From Octopus sinensis (taxonomy: Eukaryota): a DNA stretch of 64,000 bases. Where the stretch lies: assembly GCF_006345805.1 (NCBI RefSeq), contig NC_043007.1:5704001-5768000 (forward strand), in the 5' to 3' direction. Numbering within the stretch: the stretch's first letter is position 1; each line of letters opens with the position of its first letter. Positions 27,241 through 40,153 of this stretch are shown one piece after another. The notes under the pieces are model-generated. The model worked only from the letters and a program-made list of their open reading frames with translations, made no database searches and was not told the DNA's origin. Position numbers and translations under genes: made by a program.

Positions 27241-27354
27241 AATGGACACGACTTAAAATAATAAAATAAGAACAGTAATGAACGAGTGAACAAATAAATA
27301 TATAGTGCGTGCGTTTATTTGGCAACAAAATGCTCATCCCGAAATACAACAATA

Positions 27355-27404
<50 letters not shown>

Positions 27405-27434
27405 CGGTTGAAAAGGAACACACGAGTTGATATG

Positions 27435-28310
27435 TAAGACAAGGTAGAAAATGCAAGGTATAACCGATTTCAGTCTTTGCGATTATTTCAACTTAGAGTA
27501 AAGCATGAAAAACAATTAAATTGAGGAAAAATCAAAGGAAACGCTTTTTAAAAATATTTCCATAGTTTTCAAATGCAAGGGACATTTCAGGGGTTTTTTG
27601 TCTGCCTGTCTCTCTTTTTTACTCTTGTGAGGGCTTGGTAGCAGGTTGGAGGTAGTAGTAGTCCTGAAAGAATATTTGATATGAGTTCTTGGTTTTGATT
27701 GTTTAAGCAGATGTAGTAGCTGAGAAAGGAGGCGGAGAAGAAGAAGAAGAAGAAGAAGAAGAAGAAGAAGAAGAGGGAGTAGGAAACAATGAAGAAAGAA
27801 TAATAAAATGAGCGAGTGGTATGACAGTAGTAGAATGTTGGTGAAATCCTCTTAAATGGTCAAGTGACCTAAAAGTGAGCTGTTGTGGTCGTAATAGTAG
27901 TGATTAGAATTTTTCTGAATAAATTCATTGGTAGAGACTGTTCGGAATATATCGTATTTAATATTTGCGTGGGTATTAGTGGGCATTATTCTAAGGCCTT
28001 TATAATAGTGTTATTTGTGGAGGACGCGTTCAAAGGGGGTTTATATGTTGTGATAAAATATGACTCTCTACCAATGCGCTGATTATAGATTGCATCGTCT
28101 CTGAATTTATAGAGAGAAAAAATTCTGAATCTCGGTTGTTTGTTAGTGACGCAAATGTCTGTGTGTTCGCTGAATGCTATTTTTCTGTATTCTCGAATTT
28201 TGATCTGGGATCAGAGCCATCCTTTGACGTAGACTGTTTTTGGTTTGGCCTATGTATTACTCACGACACCCAGAGCCCGTGAAGTTTTTCACTGTAAAAC
28301 GTTGACTCTG
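27435..28310 (-). mobile_element. Penelope-like element 3' region (GIY-YIG remnant plus 3' flank)
   Basis: 27900-28310 is homologous to 19030-19440 with an internal deletion; 27435-27780 is homologous to 44325-44680. Confidence 0.75.
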
Positions 28311-28346
28311 TGTGTATTGAGTTATATGTATGTATGTATATATATA

Positions 28347-28400
<54 letters not shown>

Positions 28401-28411
28401 TATATATATAT

Positions 28412-28704
28412 GGAGGCGCAATGGCCTAGTGGACTCGCAGTCGTAGGATCGTGGTTTCGATTTCCAGACCGGGCTTTGTGAGTGTTTATTGAGCGAAAAC
28501 ACCTAAAGCTCCACGTGGCTCCGGCAGGGTGGTGGTGGCGATCCCTGCTGTACTCTTTCGCCACAACTTTCTCTCACTCTTTCTACTGTTGGCCTGCTCG
28601 CTTAGCCAGCGGGGTGGCGTCATTTGAAGGCTAAAAGACAATGCGAGGCGCATTGTGACCAGCGATGTGTAACAACATCTGATAGCCTGGTCGGTCACGG
28701 TGAT
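28412..28704 (+). mobile_element. SINE family C
   Basis: GGAGGCGCAATGGCCTAGTGG head (short deletion after the A box) through to GGTCGGTCACGGTGAT; homologous to 12321-12623. Confidence 0.9.
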
Positions 28705-28749
28705 ATATAAATATATATGTATGTATATATATATATGTACATGTACATA

Positions 28750-29250
28750 TATATATAGCCCCACGCTCAGTCTAACCCACACCCCAACCTTGCTTTCCCC
28801 ATTCTCTCCTCCTCCACATCCCAACACCGCCACCCACACCAAACACACACAATAGCACTGACTACTTTCCAGCCTCTGACCATCATCCACACACTTAAAC
28901 ACACACACACGCACACGTCAAGGTCCCCAGCCCCCTTCCACGTGCACATACCTGCTCTCTTACACACACGCACGCGCACCTTCGTTTTGGGATCCCTACT
29001 ACTTTATTATATGCCCTTCTCCCTAGCTCTCCTGTGTGACCCTTCTGTCCGGCATTCGTCATGATAGATCGCTAGCCACTGCACATTCTTTAATTTCTCT
29101 CCTTGTTTCTTTCCGTGTTCCTTTCTATGGAATAGCGTAGGCTCGAAACGTTAAAGACTTTTTCACTTCCCGAGCGCTAAACTAATACATCTGTTTGTTG
29201 TCTACAGCACCTGTCTTCGTCTTTTGATTTTTTGTGAATTCTCCCCCCCC
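28750..29250 (+). mobile_element. Repeat fragment of probable Penelope-like origin, carrying a decayed hammerhead motif
   Basis: 29090-29230 is homologous to 40105-40262, including the GCGTAGGCTCGAAACGT motif. PLE origin is inferred from the motif type. Confidence 0.5.
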
Positions 29251-29293
<43 letters not shown>

Positions 29294-29680
29294 AATATAA
29301 CGGTTTACTGAGGAAGAGAACAGATTGTTTCTCCCTTAGAATCCTATAATTAATGACTTACGCATTAAATGAAACCAGCAGTTTTGATGGGGACGCTTAT
29401 TCGATACAATTAATTTAGTTTATGTATGACACTAAAATTTACCGAAACCGAAATGATGGAATGCAAAATTAATCTCGGTGGGATCTGAACTCCCGAGGTT
29501 CAAAGGAGTCTGCTAGATGAGTGCTTTTTAAGCTCTTGCAATATAAGCAGTTACTTATCTTTTCCCTAAACAAAACTAATGACATGAATGTTGTATAAAT
29601 ATAGATTTTCTCATATAAGTGCAAAGCTACACATTTTGGTATGAGGGGGTAGACAACTGCTTCGATATGAATGCCGGAAA

Positions 29681-30073
29681 GGCGGCGAGCTGGCAGAATG
29701 GTTAGCTCGCCGGGCGAAATGCTTTGCGGTATTTCGTCTGCCGCTACGTTATGAGTTCAAATTCCGCCTTTCATCCTTTCGGGGTCGATAAATCAGTTAC
29801 GCACTGGGGGCGATATAATCGACTTAATCCGTTTGTCTGTCCTCGTTTGTCCTCTCAGTGCTTAGCCCCTTGTGGGTAGTAAAGAAATAGGTATTTCGTC
29901 CGCCGTTACGTTGTGAGTTCAAATTCTGCCGAGGTCGACTTTGCCTTTCATCCTTTCGAGGTCGATAAATTAAGTACCAGTTACGCACTGGGGGCCATAT
30001 AATCGACTTTATCCGTTTGTCTGTCCTTGTTTGTCTTCTCTGTGTTTAGCCCCTTGTGGGTAGTAAAGAAACA
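29681..30073 (+). mobile_element. Dimeric SINE family A
   Basis: A full unit plus a second unit lacking the first ~45 nt. 15-bp TSD GATATGAATGCCGGA at 29664-29678 and 30074-30088. Confidence 0.92.
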
Positions 30074-31400
30074 GATATGAATGCCGGATGTAGTAGATTG
30101 TGTAGGACGTCTGGGTATTTTAGTTATTATATTGAAACAAAGGGAAAGTTGGTTTTACTAAAATTTTAACTTAGAGCTTGAAAATATTAAAATACAGTAG
30201 GATATTAAACCCGGTACTCTACAAATATCTATTACATTTCCGCCAAATATAATTCTATTACGTAGACACAAGGCTGCGAATTTCCATCACAAAATATAAT
30301 CGAATTATTTTGCTCCAGTGGTCGATGGTTATCAAAATGAACCCGAGTTAAATTCGAACGCAAAAATTTAAAGAGACTTAACTAAATACCACGGCCTCTT
30401 GAAGCTCTACTGATTTTATCGTTCAACAGACTTGGACTGGACTGCAGAGGGGTGGCGGGGGAATAAAAAAGAAAGTATATAATACTACAAACAGAATAAG
30501 AACGTATAATAAATGACAGTTCAATATGTATCAAAGCGGAGTGATTGAAGCGATTGATTCTTTACAGAGAAGGAATGGAGATAATAAAATAACAAGTGCC
30601 TGGTGCAACATAAGGAGAGATCAAATAAACTAAACAAACAGGAAAGACATTTAAATATCATGGGGCAGAATAGGAAAATGTCATGTCATGTCATTATATT
30701 TGCAGTTTCCAAAAATTATGTTATGTTACGTGAAGTGAAAGACTTGATCAATCTTTTCAATAAAGAAGGTTAGACATAGAATAGCAATGTGAGCGCTTGC
30801 ATGAAAACATCGATATACCATTAATATGAATTTGAATGTTTTCTTTGATCAATAGAAAGCCAGTGGAGTTCTCTTTTATAGCCCAAGGCAATACTATGAC
30901 TGCACATGTTGAATAGACGACAGAGTACAATATTTATATAGCATTGTTAATAGATCAATGCTTGGCGAACTAATGTTAACAAACGCAGAATTACATGTAT
31001 CCGATATGGAAATATTCAAAACATGAACGTCAAGATTTCGGGAGAGAAAGATAAGAACATGTGACAGTAAGTGTCAGAGATGTTATTGATACGGTCATAG
31101 AAATACATTTGTATGTTGAAATGGATTCTGTGATATTGTTAAGTTGAAGAAACCTAGATCTTAAGAAAAAGAGAAAAGTGATAGACAGTTCTAAGACATA
31201 ACGGATCTCAGAAAGACGAGTTGCAGAGAATTATGTGAGTTCAGTTTGCTTTTATGAGTTTAAACATATTTTTAATTCTAAAAGTAGATAACTTGTTTTC
31301 TGTGTATGTGTGTGTGTGTTTATATATGTATATATGTATATGTAAACATACACACACACGCACAAATAAACATACATATGTATGTATGTAATTATGTATG

Positions 31401-31456
<56 letters not shown>

Positions 31457-31462
<6 letters not shown>

Positions 31463-31700
31463 GGTAAAGACCCCCTTCGGTCATGAATGACCATGGGATT
31501 GCACCTAGAAAGTAACTCTCCTAGACACAAGTCCGGGCAAGGTTGTTTATGGAAGACCAGCAGTCGCCCATGCATACCAGCCTCCCCTCTCTACGCCTCC
31601 AGTGTTATCCAAGGGAAAGACAAAGATCGATACAGCTTGGCACCAGTGACGTCGCAACTCATTTCTACAGCTGAGTGAACTGGAGCAACGTGAAATAACG
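31457..31700 (-). mobile_element. SINE-like fragment, family D (3' part)
   Basis: GC-richer block between (TA)n tracts, ending on the minus strand ...CCCATGGTCATTCATGACCGAAGGGGGTCTTTACCCTTT. Family recognised from memory only. Confidence 0.5.
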
Positions 31701-31713
31701 TGAAAGCAACGTG

Positions 31714-31757
<44 letters not shown>

Positions 31758-31759
31758 TA

Positions 31760-32256
31760 TATATAAAACTGTAGTTGTGTGAGTGTCTGTCTCCTATGAT
31801 TTAGATTCCTAACTACTCCCACTTTTGCGGTGCAGTTTAACCAAATTCGGGTATCTTATAGTCGTGATTAATATCGAGCCCGTCTGGCTATTAGCGCGCG
31901 TCTACGATGAGTCTACGATTTTAAAAATAATTTAACATAATTTTTTATTCCATTTTAATGCATAATTTTTCGTGTGTCGATGGCGGCGGAGTTGGCGTCA
32001 TTGCACATGTGTTTGCTTCTCCCCCTTCTTCCCTCCCTCGTGAAGCTGTGGGGAAGGGAGTTTAAGGAAATCAACGTCGTAATGCGTTGTCAAGGAGACC
32101 TGCGTTCTTTTAGAACAACGACTTCATGGCTTGAAGACACCAAAACAGAAATGGCTAAGAAAGCCCGAATTGGCATCTATAAAGGAAGTAACTCTCTAAA
32201 AATGCTTATATAGTTATTTCCCTTACAAACCCGAGCAACGCCGGGCGATACTGCTA

Positions 32257-32257
<1 letters not shown>
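31760..32257 (+). mobile_element. Non-autonomous Helitron-like element
   Basis: Homologous to 23433-23824, with the 3' hairpin CCCGAGCAACGCCGGG and CTAG|T at 32254-32258. The 5' end merges into (TA)n. Confidence 0.75.
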
Positions 32258-32296
<39 letters not shown>

Positions 32297-32338
32297 CAAT
32301 AATAATTCTCCAAATGAGATATAGACAGTGACTGCTCC

Positions 32339-32741
32339 ATAATATAAGGGATATTAGCCAACTGAATATGGCTAGGGACAGGGCAGGGTGGTGGGGGTGT
32401 CACTGTTGCATTTAGCCCCAGGCGAACATCAACGTCACCAGATAGGCCGACGCCATCACGGCGTCCTCTATCTTGCAAAGGGAGATCATTCCCCAAGAAG
32501 CGGATACCACACACGGACCTAGGTTTCAAGACCACACGTTGATAATAGGCAATACACCTTGAAACCTAGGTCCGTGTGTGGTATCCGCTTCTTGGGGAAT
32601 GATCTCCCTTTGCAAGATAGAGGACGCCGTGATGGCGTCGGCCTATCTGGTGACGTTGATGTTCGCCTGGGGCTAAATGCAACAGTGACACCCCCACCAC
32701 CCTGCCCTGTCCCTAGCCATATTCAGTTGGCTAATATCCCT

Positions 32742-32749
<8 letters not shown>
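32339..32749. repeat. Perfect palindrome: 192-bp arms, 27-nt spacer
   Basis: 32339-32530 is the reverse complement of 32558-32749; the ORF track shows identical peptides on opposite strands. Confidence 0.95.
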
Positions 32750-32819
<70 letters not shown>

Positions 32820-32827
32820 AGATACAC

Positions 32828-33645
32828 ATTGTGTACAGGAAATCACCAAGGAGTGAAAAATACGTAAACATACAAGAGATAAGTAGAGGACAAAATACCA
32901 AAAGAAGATAACTTCTCATCAGCTGCCGGTCTGTTTATTACTCCTATTTCGTGCTTTTAACGACAATATAGGGAAACTTCATACGACAGCAGCATCCAGA
33001 TATTTTAAAAATATAAAGATCAGGAAGAGTTAGGGCTTCGAACAAACAAACAAAGGCGAAGTTAACGTACAGAGTATGCAATCGACGAAGACAAACATTA
33101 AGGGCCGTTGTGCCAAGTCGAATTGTAATTGGTAACGGCTGGGAGAAATAGAATAATTAGAAGAGGAGAAAATGGTAGAAGAAAAATGTCGAGAGCCAAG
33201 AATAATGATATCCAACCCGGTAGACACTTTGTCCATAAAAGACAAGAGAAATGACCTGCAGTCACGTGTGAAGAATAGAGGCAGAGAGAAGGGGGGGACA
33301 AGACAGAGGATGAGGGAAAGAAACAAAAAGGAGTGAGGAGAAGGGAGACAGAACGACAGATAGTAGGGAGTGGAAGAAAGACGGATAGGGGAAGCAAAGT
33401 GGGATAGAGAGAAAGAAAGAAAACAGTGTGTAGTTTCCAAATTATAAGAACTTAGAGTGGTCAAGGCCGCGTGGCGTTTGATTATAATTGAATTAAACAA
33501 AAAAAAAAGAAACCAATTGTGTACAGGAAATCACTAACGAATGAAAAATAGGTGAATACACGAGAGAAAAGTAGTGGACAAAATAGCAAAAGAAGATAAC
33601 TTCTCATCAGCTGTCGGACTATTTATTAGTCCTATTTCGTGCTTT
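32828..33645. repeat. Diverged ~130-bp direct repeats flanking a purine-rich segment (pseudo-LTR-like)
   Basis: 32828-32957 resembles 33516-33645 (ATTGTGTACAGGAAATCAC...TTCTCATCAGCTG...CCTATTTCGTGCTTT). Confidence 0.75.
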
Positions 33646-33652
33646 ATGTATA

Positions 33653-33698
<46 letters not shown>

Positions 33699-33699
<1 letters not shown>

Positions 33700-33730
33700 T
33701 AGCAGAGATACCCGACGTTGCCCGGTTACA
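33699..33730 (-). mobile_element. Helitron-like 3' terminus
   Basis: Minus strand reads CCGGGCAACGTCGGG-TATCTCTG-CTAG|T. The 5' extent could not be determined. Confidence 0.5.
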
Positions 33731-34651
33731 TTCAATTGAAGAATTAGACTTTTCTGCTATATTTTCTGTAATGAACTGGAATATCTATGTTTCGAATTTC
33801 ATCAAAATTGCAGATGAGGATTATTTCCCTCGTTACACACCCTAAATAATTGTAATCGGGCCACATGTATCCCATACTACTGATCTTTATGCGCATATTC
33901 TAAAATTCCAGTCTTATTGAATCTGTTAAAAGATTTTGCTCCTGAAAAATGAAGGTCATGGAGCTCTAAAATGTGAGAGTTAAGGCCCCTGTTGGGGATT
34001 GAGAATCTTTTTAACTTAGGTCTTATATCTATTGTTTGAATTTCTTTGAAATAGGAAATATATGTTCACTGGGTTTGTAAAAGAGAGCAAAGCTACAGAA
34101 AACCAAAAGACGAATGATTACAATAAGCAGTCAGTTACCCTACCCTAGTCGTTACCACTCCCATTGTAGGATTCCTCACCATCCAGGTGACAGGCACAGC
34201 CGTAAGATGCATTACGAAGCTATAGGAATTGGAAGAGCGTGACCCAGCTGAAATCAACATTTACAACTGTGTGACGTGAGGGCTAAGGAGAAATTAAAGT
34301 GTCACCTCTGGAGTTTGGAAATGGCTACTATACTGATATGTAACTGGACAGAATAAATTTACAATCTATAAATGTCTTTGAATAACCAGTCTCCCATTTG
34401 GGAAGGCCTTGAAATCAATGTTACCATCTGGGGACTATGTGTGACCCAGTGATAATAAAATTACTGAAAGGAGGTCTGTAATCAAATAACTTTTCTCAAC
34501 ACTTTGCAACTGAATCAGTGGAGGCAAAGATGCCTCTTATTTACTTGACAATTTATGCACCACATTGCAGAAATCACAATGTCAGTGAATGTCAAAGCAA
34601 ACTGTTACACTCTTGTACCATTGAATTAGAAATAATGCTCAACTTTTATAC

Positions 34652-37240
34652 TCGGGAGACAATGGAGTTGCGCATAAAATAGTCTAGTCCGGCTTTTACA
34701 TTTCATATCCTAATACATTTCCTGCTGTGGCTGTATAGTTCTATCCTGGACAAACACTCCCTCTGGCAGGTGCCGCAAATGTAGCGAAGACTTTGCCTGG
34801 CTGGTTACAATGTTATACTTTCTTGTTGACGTCTTTTCTTGTCTTTCCATTTCTCCTCTCCCTCTATGTCACTCCTTTGTGTTCCCTCTTTTACGGTACG
34901 TCGCCAATCTCCACGGTTTCTGGCAACTGCTTCCCAGTTGGTAATATTGATGTTGCAGGCATTCATGTCTCTTTTGCAAACATCCTTGTATCGTAAGAAC
35001 GGTCTTCCCACAGACCTAGTGCCCCTAGCAAGCTCTCCGTAGAGTATGTTCTTGGGGATTCTGCCATCTTCCATACGGCTAACATGTCCAAGCCATCTCA
35101 TACGTCTTTGTGTGAGGAGTGCAAACATGCTTGTTATTCCTGCTTGCTTGAGGACATCTTTGTCGGGGACATGATTCTGCCATTTGATGCGAAGAAATTT
35201 CCGGTGACAGCGCAGGTGAAAGATATTTAGCCGACGTATGGCGTCGTATGGTGTGTGTATGGCGTCCAAGTCTCCCTTCCATACAGTAGAGTTCTAAGTA
35301 CACATGCCTGGTAAATCTTCATTTTTGTGGTCTTGGCCAGCTTATTGTTGTCCCATGCCCGTTTGGAGAGTTGGGCCATCGCAGCAGCTGCCTTGCCAAT
35401 GAGTATATTGAGCTCAGCATCAAGGGATAGGTTGTAGGTGACGGTAAAGCCAAGATAGGTAAACCTCTCCACCTCCTGTAGACTGTGGTCTCTAATATGT
35501 ATGTTTGGGATGTCCGATGTAGCCTGAACCATGATGTTGATCTTCTCGAGGCTGATAACTAAGCCAAAGTCGCTACATACTTGCTCAAAACAGTTGATGA
35601 GCCTTTGTAGGGCTTTTTCTGTGTGTGATACTAGAGCGGCATCATCAGCAAATAGCATCTCCTTGATCAGGACGCTTCTGATTTTGGTCTAGGCACGCAG
35701 AAGCGAGAGATTGAACAGTTTCCCATCAATTCTCCTGTGCAGAAACACTCCATCATCTGATGTATCAAAGGCATGTGACACCAGCAGCGAGAAGATGCCA
35801 AATAATGTAGGAGCAAGGACACAACCTTGCTTTACCCCATTTTTTATTTGGAAGGCTGCTGATGTTGAACCATTGTGCTGTATGGTGCCTTGTATATCAT
35901 CATGGAAAGATTTGATGATCCTCAGCAGCTTTGGTGGACATCCAATTTTTTGGAGCAGGATGAAGAGGCCTTTTCTATTTACGATGTCAAAGGCCTTTGT
36001 CAGATCAATGAAGGTCATATATGATGGCATTTTCTGCTCTCAGGACTTCTCCTGAAGTTGGCGTATGGAGAATATCATGTCAATAGTTGATCTGCTTCTT
36101 CTAAAGCCACACTGCGATTCTGGATAAATTCGAGAAGCAAGCAGTTGTAGCCTGTGCAGGATAATGCGAGCAGAAGCCTTTCCAACAGTGCTTAGAAGAG
36201 ATATTCCACGGTAATTGTTACAATCACCACGGTCACCTTTGTTTTTGTAAAGCGTAATGATGTTAGCATCCTGCATATCCCGAGGGACTGTACCCTATTC
36301 CCAGCACTGACACAGAAGCTCATGAATGTGCCGAAGCAGGATGGTGTTTTTGCTGGTTTTGATGATCTCTAAGGGGATGCCGTCTTTTCCCGGAGCCTTG
36401 TTACTTGTTAGGGAGTCAATAGCTTTAGTGAGCTCTGCTATAGATGGCAGACTGTCAAGTTCACAAATGACTGGCAAGATCTTGACACCCTAAATTGCAG
36501 CCTCAGCTATCGTGGTCTCCCGTGAGTAGAGATCCTGGTAGTGCTCCAACCATCTATCCATTTGCTTGCTTTGATCCCTGATGAGATCTCCAGTAGTTGA
36601 TTTCAGAGGGGCTGACTTGGTTGCGGATGAACCGAGGGCCTTCTTCAAACCGGCACACATCCCACGGGTGTCGCCACTGTCAGCAGCTAACTGGATACTC
36701 TGACAGATTTCCTGCCAATACCTATTTGCACAGCGTCTGGCAATCAGTTGGGTTATATTTCTTGCCTTTCTGAGTTCTTCGAGTGACTTTGTTGAAGAAT
36801 CACTCTTGTATTGCATCAGAGCTGCACGCTTTGCTTCGATAACTGTTTCCAGCTCTGAGAGACCAGCATTGAACAAAATCTGAGTTTTTGCCTTTCTCTC
36901 ATGCCGAAAGTATCTATTGATGTGGTATACAAAGCTTCCCTGAAATAATTCCACCTACTTTCAGCAGAGGAGGTTGGGCAGCTACTGAGGGCAACCTTGA
37001 TAGAAACAGCAAAAGATTGTCGCAGTGTAGGGTCCGAGGTTCTGGCAGTGTTAATGCGTGGTCGGCCCATTTTCTTGGAGTGATAGACTTTTTAGGCAGA
37101 ATCCTCACCGTGCTTCTTATTAGTGAATGATCTGTGTCACAATCCTCGCTGTGGTAACAACGGGTCAGTTGAACAGAATTCAGAAAGGATCTTCGTGTAA
37201 TGATGAGATCCAGCTGATACCAGAGGTGAGATCTTGGAAA
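34652..37240 (-). mobile_element. RTE (BovB-like) LINE, 5'-truncated, frameshifted ORF (APE C-terminus, RT, C-terminal zinc finger)
   Basis: Translates WYQLDLIITRR...DCDTDHSL; KAPGKDGIP; LYKNKGDRGDCNNYRGISLLS; PESQCGFR; FIDLTKAFD; GVKQGCVLAPTLF; MLFADDAAL; FTYLG; RWLGHVSRMEDGRIPK; CGTCQRECLSRIELYSHSRKC. 3' UTR contains CCATTGTCTCCCGAG. Confidence 0.96.
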
Positions 37241-37939
37241 GGAGGATAAATCAATGACATAAACCCAATAATTGATGGGCTTTTTATTTTATGGGCCCTA
37301 GCAATGACGAAAGGCAACGCTGGCGCGACATGATTTGAACGCAGAACGTAAAGAGTCGAAACAAATGCTGCAAAGCATCTGCTCCGTTGCTCTACCAAGT
37401 CTTTTAATCCACTCTTGGTGATAATTACCGAGAAATCTCGGAACAAATATAAATCATGTTGCAATAACGATTCTTACCGGTGAAAACATGATAATTACGA
37501 CCAACGGTTTCCGATGTCAGGAACAGTATTTCGATTATAAATACAATATAGGCTGAGGCTATTTATATTGCATCGGCGGAAATGTATCGCCTCGCAACCA
37601 GCTGAAGCAATGAATATCGCACGAAGCAGGATGTTTTATAAACAAAGCTTTATTTATTTATTTACTGTTGGTATTTTTTCAATCAAAATGAACTCAAGGA
37701 AGCATTAAATATTTTGGTTTTATTAGAATCCTTCTGAAATACCGCCGAGATTACGTTTCGAAAGAACAAGAACGCAGAGAGACGCGTGCATACACACACC
37801 TTCGCACACACACACACACATATATATGTGACGTATATGTATGTATGTATGTATATATGTATGTATGTATATAAATATATATATAGGTATGTATAATATT
37901 CATATACGTGTTTGTAGATGTTTGTAGATTATATATATA

Positions 37940-38028
<89 letters not shown>

Positions 38029-38124
38029 GTATACATATATCCATCTGAAAACACGCATACATATATGTATGTATGTATTTATGTATGTATGTAAGTATGT
38101 ATGTATATGTATGTATGTAGTATG

Positions 38125-38191
<67 letters not shown>

Positions 38192-39063
38192 CTGTCTATT
38201 TCTAGCGATTTGATTTAATATATTTTGGGTGCCATCTTTTCGCTAAATTTCCATATAGAGTATTTAGGATCTTTGAGATTTTAGCTTATTTTCGCAAGCA
38301 ACGTTTGTCAATCAGAAAACTAAACCCTTTTGAATAAATATTTCTAGAAATACATATATTAAGTAACTGACACAATTTTCTCTTAAAACTAGTCAGTTTT
38401 GAGAATTCAGAAACAGTTCTTTCGAACTCCCTGATATTACAGTTGGTGGTAATCATTACCAATCATATTTCACGTGTAAATTAACCACAGAAATGTTCTT
38501 TCGCACAGACGGTTATTAGAATAATTCACTAAATGACAGTAGTATATTTTTCAGTTGCCTAATTTTGACTCGTTAACAAATTTGAACTGCAATTTGTAGC
38601 TTCAGCAATAACTGTAATATATTTCGTTTTCGAATTAAAAGTATCTAGTCTGGTTTAGTTTTCGTGGCGTTAAATAGAAGAGAGACATTGTTCCACTGGG
38701 TAGAACACTAATCTATTTTTGGTTGAATTTTCTTGTGGCTAATTTTAATTCAGCTCCAAAATACTGAAGATATACTTGCCCGATTACGAAGTATTGTTTG
38801 TAATAACAAGCTATATTATCTTATTCGTGCGCTTATATACAGAAAGATATGTTTGGCCGTCAGGATCGAAGTGTCTTGACCACAATCGGTGTGTAGAACA
38901 AAAAGAAAGTTACGAAGCATTAACGTTTGGGCGGATTGTCCATCACTCGGTTAAAATTGTCATTAAGGTCTCTTGTGACACATTATCGCTGATCAATGCT
39001 AACACATTGAATCTGTGAGATGTAGTTTTAAACTCCCGGTAATTATATATATATATGTGTGTG

Positions 39064-39365
39064 TTTGTTCCTTCTCGAGCCACGCCTGGCTCATAAGGGC
39101 CGATTTCCCGGGTCCCTTGGCATATAGGTTTCCCATCTGGACGGGACGCCGGTCCGTCACAGGTGAGCTGCAAGATGCAGGAGGAAAGAGTGAGAGAAAG
39201 TTGTGGCGAAAGAGTCAGCAGAAGGTCGCCATTACCTTCTGCCGGAGCCGCGTGGAGCTTAGGTGCTTCGCTCATAAACACACGCATAAACGCCCGGTCT
39301 GAGATTCGAACTCGCGATCCCTCGACCGCGAGTCCGCTGCTCTAACTACTAGGCCATGTGCCTCC
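39064..39365 (-). mobile_element. SINE family C head and body with a different 3' tail
   Basis: The 5' ~175 nt match 12321-12623, then diverge into CCTGTGACGGACCGGCGTCCCGTCCAG...GGCTCGAGAAGGAAC. Confidence 0.85.
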
Positions 39366-39978
39366 ACACACACACACACACTCACACCCACACATATTTC
39401 AAATAATTATAAAGAACACGGAAACTGATAAACCACCAAATTTCAATGACATGTACTTGAGATATTATGTCTGACACAGATTTTATCGCTTGTCAAGTAA
39501 TTTCTCTTCGCTTCTCCATCCATCTGATATCTCTAGCCTTAATTTTCAACTGGGATAAGAATGGAGCCATCCAAACTGACTTTAAATCGATATTCGGCAT
39601 AAATACAAAAACATTTGTAAAATGTCTAAGAACCATTAAAAGTTTAAGATATTATGATACTACAAATAAAACAAAGTGTATAAAATTCAACAATTCGTGT
39701 TTAAAATATGTTTAAAAAAAAGTAAGACCCTTGCAAGAACCAAAAAGCAGGAAGATGGTTGCGGGGCTCAAACTATGTGTGTTCTACAATCCAGACAGAT
39801 GTACAACTAAGTCTGGTCCCGTTCTTTGTTTCTTTTTTTAATTAAACACTTTAATCTTACCAACGAGAAAAGCTGCTTACATTTAAAACTCATATGCGGA
39901 AGCATCGAGATAGATGTAAAGAATTATTTTCATTAACCATGTGTCTCTAAGCGAATTCATCTACAAATAATATCTTAT

Positions 39979-40106
<128 letters not shown>

Positions 40107-40153
40107 CTCTCCTTTTTTTCTCCCTTTGTTTGTCTCCTTGTTTTTCTGTGTCC

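Noticed and set aside
39850-39920. KTHMRKH, resembling the end of a C2H2 zinc finger
   Set aside because: No upstream CxxC pair in frame.
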